Shown: in pieces, positions 1 through 11,149 of the stretch
Layout of the letters: every line of letters starts with the position of its first letter
Numbering within the stretch: position 1 is the first letter of the stretch
From: Lingula anatina
Taxonomy: Eukaryota > Animalia > Brachiopoda
NCBI GenBank assembly: GCA_051362555.1
Contig: CM120642.1
Span: 12,586,001-12,650,000 of the forward strand
DNA length: 64,000 bases
Direction: 5' to 3'
Position numbers and translations under genes: made by a program
Notes under the pieces: generated by a model
Databases searched by the model: none
Told to the model about the DNA's origin: nothing
Seen by the model: the letters and a program-made list of their open reading frames with translations, nothing else

Positions 1-224
1 CATCAGATCAATGATTAATTGTCATCAGAGTTTGTTTTTATGTTTCAACAACCTGAAGATATGATGAAACTTGCAGAGCCTGCTATTCTTGGAATATGTA
101 TGTTGTTTTGAAGTCTGTATATGAATTCAAGATTGATTAATTTTTTGGGTCTTAGCTAAGTTTTTTTTTTTTCATGAAATCTGGAAGTATGCTATGGCCC
201 TCATTCATTCTTGTGTTATTCCAG

Positions 225-2449
225 TGCTAGGATCTGGTGAAGAGAGTGATACTGACCAGTGGTCATTTTCCAGTGACCTCTTCCATTCCCACTATCTCAT
301 CTCAGGGGGCAGTGATGCCTTGGTCAGTCTCATTGACCTGTCTCCTAATAACTGGATGAGGGAAGAAATCCATGCCAGTTCTTACTCTTCTCCAATACAA
401 TCTATCAGGTATAACTAATATGTGCACATTTTCAATTGAAGAAATAAAACTGGCCCAGGACTAATGTTTTTTGAAATGTTAGAATATGTGGCTTTATAGT
501 CACATGCAATTCCTTGGGTAACATGATCATGAAATGTAGGCATTTATGTTGCGCACAAAAGGTTGTATATGTATTTATCATGATAACCTTTCTGTAAACT
601 GATCATCACTCGAAATTTTAACTTATCAACATAAGCTGTAATTGCACCTCTGTCACATTGCTAGTTTGTGGAGAAACCAAATTGTCACTGCCTCAGAAGA
701 TCACACCCTGAATGGCCATGCGGTGCTAGAGGTGACATCTGGTGGCAAGTTGAAAAAAGTATCCAGTTTACATGGTCACATGGAAGTGCCTATGTGTATT
801 GTAATATGGGAAAACAAGGTACACGTGTTTCTCCTATTTTTTCATTTTTTTCAACTAGAAAAGATAGCTGTGGGTTATTTATGAACCAAACTTGTTTCCC
901 ATGAATTTGAATAAATTCACTGTTTTGTGAAATATATTAATTTAAAATAATCAAGGAATAAATTAGTAAATTATCACCATATAATTATTTAACAGGTGCT
1001 CTCAGGGGGTTATGACCAAATGTTGCTCCGCTGGACAGTGGACAGTTCGGCTCAGGGACATAATGATGACTGCACTATGGTGTGGGAGTTTGACAGCTGG
1101 ATAGCAAAGCTCATCTACAGGGATACCCTCATTATTGTGTTAACAGGTAAAGTAATGTGCTAAAGTATTATATATGATATATTTATGCAGCTAGTTTTTC
1201 CACTTTCTACAGTTTCTATGATTAAATTATTTATTTTTTCTTTTTGTTTAAAATTTGCAGGTAAAGCATTGAAGATGATAATAAATTTCATTAGAATTAG
1301 TTTAATTTTTAGTTGAGAAATATTGAAGGTTTTGCTTATTCCTGATACTACTGCCTTTCTCCACACATTATTGATAATGTCACTTCATTCCTAGTAATTC
1401 TGTGTCACTCTTTCTGTATCATCATTGCTTTGCCATGCTAGCCAACCACCGCAACCACAAAGTACCGATAATGTCACTATTCCCAGTAATCACTGTATCA
1501 TCTCCATTCCCAGTAGTTACTGTATCATCTCCATTCTGCAATTCCAGGCAGCCACAACAACCACGAAGTACTGATAATGTCACTTGATTCCCAGTATTTC
1601 TGTATCATCTCCAATCCCAGTATTTCTGTATCAACTCTATCCTGCCATTCCAGGCAACCACGGCAACCACTAAGTACACATAATGGTGCTTGATTCTCAG
1701 TATTTCTGTCATATTTCCTTACATAACTGCCCATCTGTGAACCACACAAAAGTGCTTGAATTCCCATTAATTGTTATCATCACCATTTATTACTGTCTTT
1801 TCTAGGGGACCACATACTACACGTCAGCATTGATGATGGCGCCTGCTTTTCTAGCTGGAATGTGATGGAGTCTCTTGGCTCCACGGCTTGTGTGATGTCA
1901 CTGTGGGGAAATGTATTTGCATTAGGGACTGCTGTAGGTCCGTAGTGGGCTTTGATAAGTTCTGTCTTTTTATCCTCTGCTTAAATGAATCCAAGAGTAT
2001 GCCTGTCTTTTGTTTAGCAAAGAGATTGATCTTTGTCATTCTTACTTGTGGCATTAAAAAAGTGTTGATTTAAATTTAAGATCAAAATTGCTCTTAGCCA
2101 TCTAAAGTTCTTTCATCATCATTTGATACTGGTCAACCTTGCTGATATTTATTAAAACCCCTTTTTTAAATTATTATAGATAATTTTTCTTGAGTTTCTC
2201 TGTCATGTGTACTTTTGTTATCTACTAGTAATTCATGTTCCAGGGCATGTCCACCTGTTCTACATAGAGGATGACCAAGATTTCCTGCAGCTGGACCTTA
2301 TCCAGGCTACCTCAGTGGTCAAGACGGGCCACAGTAACATCAGTGCATTGGACTTTGGTGACAATGGGTTTGGACCCTGTGCTGTCATAGCAACAGACAC
2401 GGGGAGAAAACTGAAAGTTGTGCATTGGGTCTCCACACACTTATCGTGA
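225..2449 (+). CDS. WD40-repeat protein, 3' portion (5' exons lie upstream of the window)
   Basis: Five AG/GT-bounded exons join in frame: 225-408, 665-818, 996-1146, 1806-1937, 2244-2449 (TGA 2447-2449). WD40-type blades: YLISGGSDALVSLID, IVTASEDHTL, LHGHMEVPMCIVIWENK-VLSGGYDQMLLRW, FALGTAVGHVHLF, TGHSNISALDF. Specific orthology not recognised. Confidence 0.8.
1373..1710. repeat. Degenerate minisatellite (~94-106 bp unit, ~3.3 copies) with an internal ~25-bp duplication, in a WD40-gene intron
   Basis: GATAATGTCACT recurs at 1373, 1467 and 1573, with a diverged copy at ~1679. Units carry duplicated (A)TTCCCAGTAnnnCTGTATCATCTCC-like blocks followed by a GCAACCAC..AAGTAC block. Confidence 0.8.
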
Positions 2450-3302
2450 TAATTGTTTTTAAGGGTTCGTGCAATTTAGTTCTTCATATTAGGAGATTTA
2501 TTTTCATTTTTGTGATATTTTATGTCAGCCTGAAAGTTGAAAATGAAGTAGAAGACGAGATGTTTTATGGAGATGGAAGTTTGCTCTTATATTTTATTTT
2601 TAAGCAATTAAAACGTGGCATTGCACACAAACGTGTGATAAAAGACAAAAAAGAAAATGTCACACATTCATGAATTCATTCCTGTTCATTTTTAATTACA
2701 ATTTCAGAATGAAAACTGTCAGGTGTTCTTTGATTTATACAGTGTACTGGGTCTATCAACATTTTCTGTGATTGGGTACATTTTAACTTAGTATTTTCTT
2801 TTTATTTGTTAAAATACATTTCATGCATTTTGAATTATCTATCCAACAATGATAATGCTTATCAAAGATCACTGTCTTGTCTGAACCAAAATGATTTAAC
2901 ATGTTGTAAGTTAGAAGCAGTTTTACCTAACTATGAAACTGTAGACTGACATTTTCACAGTTTTATGTATTCCAGCTTAGACAAGACAAGCTTACTTTTT
3001 GTTCTCTCAGGAGGTTACTTGACTTTAGTTTATTTTATGAAATAAAGGCAAATAATCTTATTTGCTTGCATAGTTGTAACATTTTTGTTCCTCGTGTGTT
3101 CTAATTCGCATAAGATCTGTTAATTTTTCTTATAATTTAAATATGGTTTGGATCACCCTGGACTTTTTTTAATCTTCTCTGGTCCCAATATCCTTCACAT
3201 TTTGAGGGCAATAAAAAGCCTTCAAGTGTTAACTTGTGATTTTCCTTCTTTTTCCTCACAGGACCCTTGTTTCAGGAGATGCTGTGCTCTATGGCTGCTA
3301 TG

Positions 3303-5333
3303 TCACCGTGGAGATGCTGCAGTTTTCTTTTTGTATTGCACATCCCCAACACATTTCTGCATGAGCAAGTCTTTGTAGCGGGCCCACGTTTCCTTCCTTT
3401 GCAATACGCCCTTACTCTCGTCCACGGACAGGTACTCGCGGATCTGGGGAAATAATGTTTCAGATTGAAGTGAGACAAGATATTGGAAACTGTATATTAA
3501 ATTTTGGAGCGAAAGAAAACGTTACTGCCCTGTTGAAAAGGTTCTATTCACTTTTCAACTATTATTTTGTGAGAATTCTCAGGACTAAATATTTTACGGC
3601 GAACTTCATACATCTTGAGTGTCAAGTAAAACATTTGACTATATTTTAATTTGGCATGCAGTTTTGTGAATATTTACCATGGTTTCCAGCTTAATCATGG
3701 TGTTGTTCTCAGCGTTCTGCAGGAAGAACCTCTTGTTGATACGAATCACCTCTGCTCCGTCGCTGATCTGAGAGTACCAAAACAGACGTTGATAACTTAA
3801 ACTTCGTTAAGTCAGTCAGAAAGACGGACAATTAACATATAATTTAGCGGTAACAGTGCATAAGTAGAATACTCTTAATCTGCTCTTCGAGAAGGTATTT
3901 ATTCTCACTTAAGTACATTTAGGTACCATACCAGCATCTTTAAACCGTGGATACTAAGTCACTTATACTTACCAGGCAATATCCTTTTATAACCGGCTCC
4001 CAAGATTTTGGTTTACGCATTTGTTCTAGACCCTGCAGAGGAAAAGATAACAATTAAAAACGTCCTTGACAAATTTGTGAAGAAACTGTAAAATAGATAG
4101 GGCATGGAGCATGTACATTTTAAAAATTAAGTCTAACTCGATACAGTGTCACTAGAATCTCCATTGGTAAAATTATCCGTATCCCTATAACTAATAACGC
4201 TAGATAAAGACAAGACATACATATTTTATTGTACGTTAAAGCGTTTATAGGTGATGCGACCTCACAAAACTCGCCATCTCTTAATATTGCTCATATATCC
4301 CGCCCACTTACAATGATGTCCCCAGGGCCCAAGTAGTCCAGCTGTACACAGGCTTGCCGGTGTTTATCTCCGTCTTGTTTCTGCCGTCTAGGTCTGAAGT
4401 GTTTGTCTATTTCGGTGTGCTCTTTGGTGAGGAACAGTCGGCCCGACGCCACTGGGATGTGAATTGGAGGGAAAATGCGACGCGAGCCCTGTAACAAACC
4501 GTAATAGATATTATTAGTTATCAGCGAGTTTTTTTGGTATTGATAAGTTTTGTTATATAATACAACGGGCTGGTTCCATGCGTTTGCTTTTATTTTCTGC
4601 ATTTGATTGTCATGTCACTTAAATGACCATCAGCCAGGGAGTGGGGGATGGGAGGAGGGACGTATAGGGACTACTTACTCCACTTCCTGTATATCTCTTC
4701 TGAGGTTCTTCGGCGACGGACTCTAAGCGCGGTGGTAAAAATCTCCCTAGGTCGCTGTCGCTGCTTTGAGGCGAAATTTTCTTTAAATGTTCAATTTTTA
4801 CGTCCTCTTTCTCAGCGTCGCCGTCATTTTCATTCGGTTCATTCGAGACGGTACCGTCTTCCGTCGGCTCCTTGGATCCAGAGACGCATTTTGTTTTTGA
4901 GCAATTATTTTTGGAATTAATTGGTATCTGAAATAAAAGTAATAGACGATAGGATAGTAAGGCAGGGTAGTAAAGACGGGCGCTGTTTTTAAACCTGTTT
5001 CTGAAACAATATTTTCACGTAATCGTAAGTTAACTGAATAATGATAGTAACTCTTATTTAAACTGAGAATATGAGATAAAATATCTTAACCAAAATGAAG
5101 ATAAAAATATAATCTCACTTTTGGAAGAACTATATGGGAATATGTTTTGATCTTCTTTTGTTGGACCAATTGTCCGGGTCCTAGCATATCTGCAATGAAA
5201 GAAAATACACCGGTCGTGTGTTCTAGTACCAAATACGAATTGCAATTTCCTTTTAGTCGCATTAAAATCTTGACAGCAGAAGCGAACTCATTACTGCTAA
5301 CTTTAGGTCGCAAGAGGTAAGTCTTCTATAAAT

Positions 5334-5393
<60 letters not shown>

Positions 5394-8300
5394 ACAAAGA
5401 GAGAGAGAGAGAGAGAACTGCTTACTGTCTGCATGACTGAAGGATTTGCCACAGCCCAGCTCGTGCCTGTTTGGAGTGGTAAACATTTGGTCCGTGCTGA
5501 CATCCACAACATCTTGTACTCGAGTTACTTTGACATGGCCCTTAAAAGTTCAATTAAAATGGATGCAGTGTTTTTATTAAAATATTTATATAATGTAATA
5601 TAATGACCATGAAAATTAATTGCACTTTCCTCAGAAGTGCCATTTATTTTACTTTATCACAAATAGTTATACGACCGTAGGAGAAACGAGGGACCTGGTC
5701 CTTCCATCTTTTAGAATAAAATGGCAGTTCCAGCTTCCTTCCTTTTCAAAGGATGCACGCTGAGACCCACAGGACAACAGTACATGTACATGCATGGTTC
5801 ATGTACCCGGGATTGTATAATACTCAAAATGAGTAGAAGAAGACGAGAGTTCAAAAAAGAACGCCCTCCATTTTTGCTATCCTGAATCTGCCTAAACAGA
5901 CACTTTCTAACTTACCGAATGTACGATATGTATCCAAGGCGATGAGCTGGTGTCCTGGGTGATCACGTGACCTTTTCTGAAAATAGATACATATCATGAG
6001 ATAACATAAAAAGTATGGAGCACCAAAGTTGGTGTTAAATGTTGTTATTATTACTTTAATTTTGAGATATTAGATGTTAATCACTTCCAGTTGCATGATA
6101 ACAACGTTACAATGAGCATATTTCTTCGTCGTTACGAACGTCCTTTATCCTAAAAAAACTTTTTTCTTATTTAACTTTGTCCGAATCCAAAACTAAAACT
6201 AAGACGAATGCCTTACGGGAAGAATTCGTAATCTATAACTTCATTATTATTTTCAAATCTTGAGCAGGGAAACTCTTGGAACAGGTCCAGTGACTGAATG
6301 AAGTCTATTGGCGGACCTAGTGCCGTGCGTTGAAGATCGAAATAATCCTACAACACAGAAAAAACATAGTTGACATATAATTTGGCGTATCTTATGTTTA
6401 TTAGATAAAAAAAAGCTGTAAAAGACGCCTTACAAATCATGACAATTCATTTCATACATCTACGGCTATAGTACTGTAATATAAAATCATGACACAATGA
6501 CAAAACAGAAAACGTTATGATAGCATGTAGCAATAGTTCACCTCCTGTATGTCAAACGGTTATCTGCAGGCGAAATCCCTTTTATGATTTATTTATTTAT
6601 TTATTTATTGCCAACTGAACAGTGTATTTTATGAATTACAAGATATGCTGAGAGGATTACACACATTACACTACCTCATAATAAAGGATGAAAACTTCTA
6701 CTTGGCCCTTTGCTATCATGTTGGCCTCTCGCTCGGTTTGTCTTTTCATCTCCATTACCTGTAAAAAACAAATATTTCAACTAGAAGGGTTGTAATCAAA
6801 ATATCAGGCTGCACAAGTGCATTTTCTTATTCTTAGTGTTTTTTAACATACACGCATTTTAAGTTTGTTATACTAAACCCTGTTATTTTATTTACTTCTT
6901 TGTAAATTCACTATAACTTTTCGGGGTGATTTATGTTGTATTGAATACAAATTCCAACACACTTTCTATATGGAAATGGAAGGGTGTGGCGGTCAGGGTT
7001 GCGGTCATACATGTACTTACGTCTGTGGTCATTCCCTTGGTAAGGATCCCAAAAGATCTGGTCACCTCTCCAGACTTCAGTTCGTAATGGCGTAGTATAT
7101 TGACTGTAAAGAAAAAGGCCCTTTTTAACTACTTGAAATATTGAAATATTTTAAGCTATTTGTAGAGGTAGTTAGAGTAAGTTAGTGAGTTAGTGGTCTG
7201 CATAGTAGTGATCGGAAAAACCTGAAATTACCATGCAGAGAACCGAATATTTTTTTAGTACGGAACCAAGTGACATGTACGGCACATCTCTTTACAAATG
7301 TTTCCAGTTTTGTACAGATCCTTTTGTTTGAGCTTTTGGTTGTAACAGGTTTTGATGTAGTCTATGTTTATGGCATGTTTCTTACTTTTTCCTGCGATTA
7401 TGTAATATAACCTCTCTGGTTTCCTACCCTGGTAGGCGATTAGACGGCCGTCGTCGTAACTGGAACATAATAATTAAATTATGATAACCAATAATACTAT
7501 GGTATACTAAAGCGAATAAAGCGTTATAAAGAGAATTATGTACCGTATTTCAGAAAGATATCAGTCCTATGAACGTGTTTCAGTCTCTTAGATTGAAATG
7601 AATCAGTTAATAAAATGTGGAAAATAGTTCTTATGATAAATGCTACGTTTAAGTTTAAAGATACAAGGTGAAAAGTGATAATGAAGTTACACTGTTACAT
7701 TTCGAATGCTAAACGTAACACTGCAATTAAAGATAGATAAACGAATAGATAAGATATCAGATTAAGAATAAATGACATTTTACTTACATTTCGTAGGCTA
7801 AATATCTGGCCAGTTCCTCCTCCACGTAGTCAGGGAAGATGTGACTGAAAGCTTTGGTGGCGCGAAGGAGGCACACAACCTGGTGTAACAACGAAGCAAA
7901 ATACTTTTTACTGGTGGAGTATTAATATTATTTTGAGAATTGTTATACGTAATATCGTATTGACATAATGGTGATGATGAAGATGTATCGATATTGATAA
8001 AAAGGTCGGGCACTTATGTTTAAGTTTCTGACTTTGCTGTCGTCAGTTAATGAATTAAATACACACTCTTACCCTTTTTATTTGTTTATCGGATCTGAGA
8101 TGAGGCATAGTTCTCAAGCACATCTGGGTCTCCCAGTCGATCTGAAAGTAAAACATTCCACATAAAAACGCGTTTATTAATAAATTAATTATTGTAGCGC
8201 TGTCGTAAAAGAGGCACTTGCCCATTCGTCAATGTCATAATGTGTATATCTTAATTTTTAAGCAGTAGCTTTAAGTAACTGCCTAGAAAATTTTTGTGAC

Positions 8301-10561
8301 TCTTATAAGAGTATACGACGCACTTACACTAGATCTGACGAACATGTCAGCGCTAAGCGTTTCTGTGATGACATCTTTAAATTTACTTTGTCCTTCACTG
8401 TCGTCGTCAACGCTGAAATCATCCTCAATGTAATACCTGTAACGTAACATAACATAACACTATTCATCTATACAATCACTTCACTGCTCAGAAAAAACTA
8501 AAAATAATGGAATAAGATAAAGAAGTTGATTAAGAATAATATATATATTGCACAGGCAGTTGCATTCCGTGCTTGGCCTTTAATTGACGGTGTCACCGAT
8601 TATCCGTTTAATTTCTATTTCATTCTCTTTAAAAAACAGCAACTGTTTTATTTAACAGCGAGTTATCATGAACAGGTGAATCCTAATTGTTAAAAAAATT
8701 AAAAGTATTCAAGACAACGCACTTACTTTTTTCTGCCTGTGAACCCGTTCTTGATGAGTAAGGCAAGTCGCGCGGAATGGCGAAGACAATTTCTGGCCTG
8801 GAGAGAAAAAAAACACGTAAACCAACAACCATCTCAGACTTAAATTATTTCATAAATGAATGTGATATTTAGACATGTTCATATCCATGTAGGTCTTATA
8901 TCCCTGATTTCAATATTGTACATGTACTTACCCGGTTTGCAGGACTAATCTTCTTTTTGAATTTTTTCAAGGAGGTGGCGATCCTGGACATCACGTTAAA
9001 TCCCTGGATAACAAAACAAAAAAAAATGTAATAGTCAAATGTGTTTATTTCATACTGATTATGATATTATGGTATTAAGAAAATGGTTAAATTTTGACTC
9101 ACATCACTTTCTTCCATCGTTTTTAGCATATAAGGCGAATTTCAAACAATTAATTCACTTGGCACGGGAAGTCATTCTGTAAAGCGATACTGATACAGCC
9201 GAAGACGAATACCTTAAATACACGCATTAGTTAAAGTTTGTGAACATATCACGTCGGCTTCGCTGTTTATATTTGACGAAGTGAAGGAGCAAATAAACTA
9301 GCTGCACTAAGCACTTAGTTCTACAAATAGAAACTTGCAACATAAGAGTCCTAATTATCATGATTATACCCTGTCAAGGACTGGCAAAATAGAGTAAGCC
9401 ATCGTGATAGCTTGGAGCAAATTTGAAAGTGCAATTCCCCCGGAAAAACTTTATCTGTAATAATCTGATCAGACGCATTCCCAGGGCTTGCTGTATAAGC
9501 AACGATTCCAACATCGAAAATGAAACCCCTGTTACAGTTTCTTCACTCTTTCTATCGTGGACTTCATCTTGGGGCCCATTTAGTCTTTTTCTTTAAACTG
9601 TTTTTATACGTAATTTAGGACTCTGCTTTGTGGGGTATGGCCAAATGGGCCTATGTAATTGACATTGGCAGTTTAGTTTCTGAATTGCACTACCTTTACT
9701 TTATTTTTTCGTCGTTCTCAAGTAGGCTATATATATGTATGTGCAATTTAAAATTCACATTGCTACTAGTTCACTCAATGAGTATCTGAAATTTACCGTT
9801 AGTTGAAAAGTTTTATTTAATTCTTAGTAGAAATAAATTTATAAATATCTCCAGTCAGTATCACGTTTTAACCTGGTCAAAGCAGGAATAAATACTGTAG
9901 AATCAACGACATGTTTAGTCATCACTGCAGTGGGACATTCCAACTTTTCGGAATCTTCCCACTTTAACACGTTTGAAGTAAGGTATTTTGACAGAGTTTT
10001 CGATTTTTGTTCAATGTTTAAAGGTGTTGCATATCGATTCTTAAATTTTTCTCTATTTTACCTTTTGATCATGTCTGTAGTAATTGCATGCATTAATGAC
10101 AAGTCGAAGTCGAAGCTGGAGCCAGAAAAATTAAGAATAGCAGTATGCATTTTAATATATGGGGAAAACACTACAATTATGATGAAAATATAATTACACT
10201 GAGTATCGAGGGATTGTACTTACAATGGCTGGCTTTGGACTAATACTGCTGGGTACGGGAGACTGCTTCGTCATTTGTTGCACTTCTTCTAATCGCCGTT
10301 TTATGGTGTCCATGGCGTCTTCGTCTGTAAATATCACGTATATATACTTTAAAGACCTAATTTCACTTGATTTTTTAAGGTAAATGGAGGTCTTTGAACA
10401 CTTTTTGATTCTACATAGAATCGTCCGTAGAGGATAGAGCGTAAGTATAGATCATATACTATACGGTATTGTATAGTTTATTATTTAACAAACCAATCAC
10501 ATGCAATCTAAACAACTTTCTCTCTCAAAAGATTAACCCTCTCTCTCTCCCTCTCTCTCTC

Positions 10562-10597
<36 letters not shown>

Positions 10598-11149
10598 TCC
10601 TTTACCATTTGATTGTCCCCCTTTTTGTGTATTTGAATTGCCGGAAAAACTATTGGAGGCACTGCTGAGACCTGAATCCGATCGCACATTGGGTGGAAAC
10701 ATAGGTGACAGTGGCTTTGGGGTAAGAAGTGTTGTATCGGGAAAAGACAAACTGGTAGATTCCCTAGACATTGCTAGGTCCTTTTTCTCTCCTACTGATT
10801 TAGCAAGCAGGAGCTGTTTCTGGTCGATGTCCGTCTTTGATTCGTTTTTCCCAGCTCCTTGAAACACGATTTTGGGACTGGTTTGTGCGCCCTCAGTCGC
10901 TCCCTTTGATAACCTTTCCAGTAACGTAAGCCCCATGGCGTTCTTGATCGCTTCTGACTGTTTACTGTCCTGATCTTTTAACTTTCTTGTCACTTTGTTT
11001 GAGATTCTATTTTGATTTGAACGAAGATTTTGAAGCAGATCTCGATTTTTCCTTCCTTGCCGATGCCTCCGTCTCTTCGTTGGTGGCGGTGATACCGAGG
11101 TCGAACTTAGGAAGAGCTTTTCTGCCGCTGCCAGTCCTGCGGATGCCAT
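3303..11149 (-). CDS. Cyclic nucleotide-binding domain-containing protein (CNBD2-like, two CNB-fold repeats, no TM segments), ~797 aa
   Basis: 19 GT-AG exons keep one open frame (2394 nt): 10606-11149, 10224-10324, 8932-9003, 8727-8797, 8328-8436, 8073-8141, 7788-7879, 7386-7459, 7021-7103, 6675-6758, 6217-6347, 5916-5976, 5426-5540, 5119-5189, 4679-4927, 4312-4488, 3973-4032, 3678-3767, 3303-3443. An in-frame TAA lies just upstream of the ATG at 11149. CNB signatures: LRTMPHLRSDKQIKR..FSHIFPDYVEEELARYLAYEIYDDGRLIAYQGRKPERLYYIIAGKI; second repeat FFPKGHVITQDTSSSPWIHIVHSGHVKV...LDYLGPGDIIGLE...LISDGAEVIRINKRFF. Confidence 0.85.
5336..5415. repeat. Compound microsatellite (CT)n(CA)n(GA)n
   Basis: Directly visible, in the CNBD-gene intron next to the donor at 5425. 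Confidence 0.95.
10540..10599. repeat. (CT)n/(GA)n microsatellite
   Basis: Directly visible just after the first CNBD exon donor; it explains the spurious ERERER tail of ORF 10562-11149. Confidence 0.95.

Noticed and set aside
3303-11149. CNB-domain gene beside a GABA-A cluster as a synteny echo of vertebrate CNGA genes near GABR clusters
   Set aside because: The protein has no transmembrane or pore segments, so it is not a CNG-channel orthologue.
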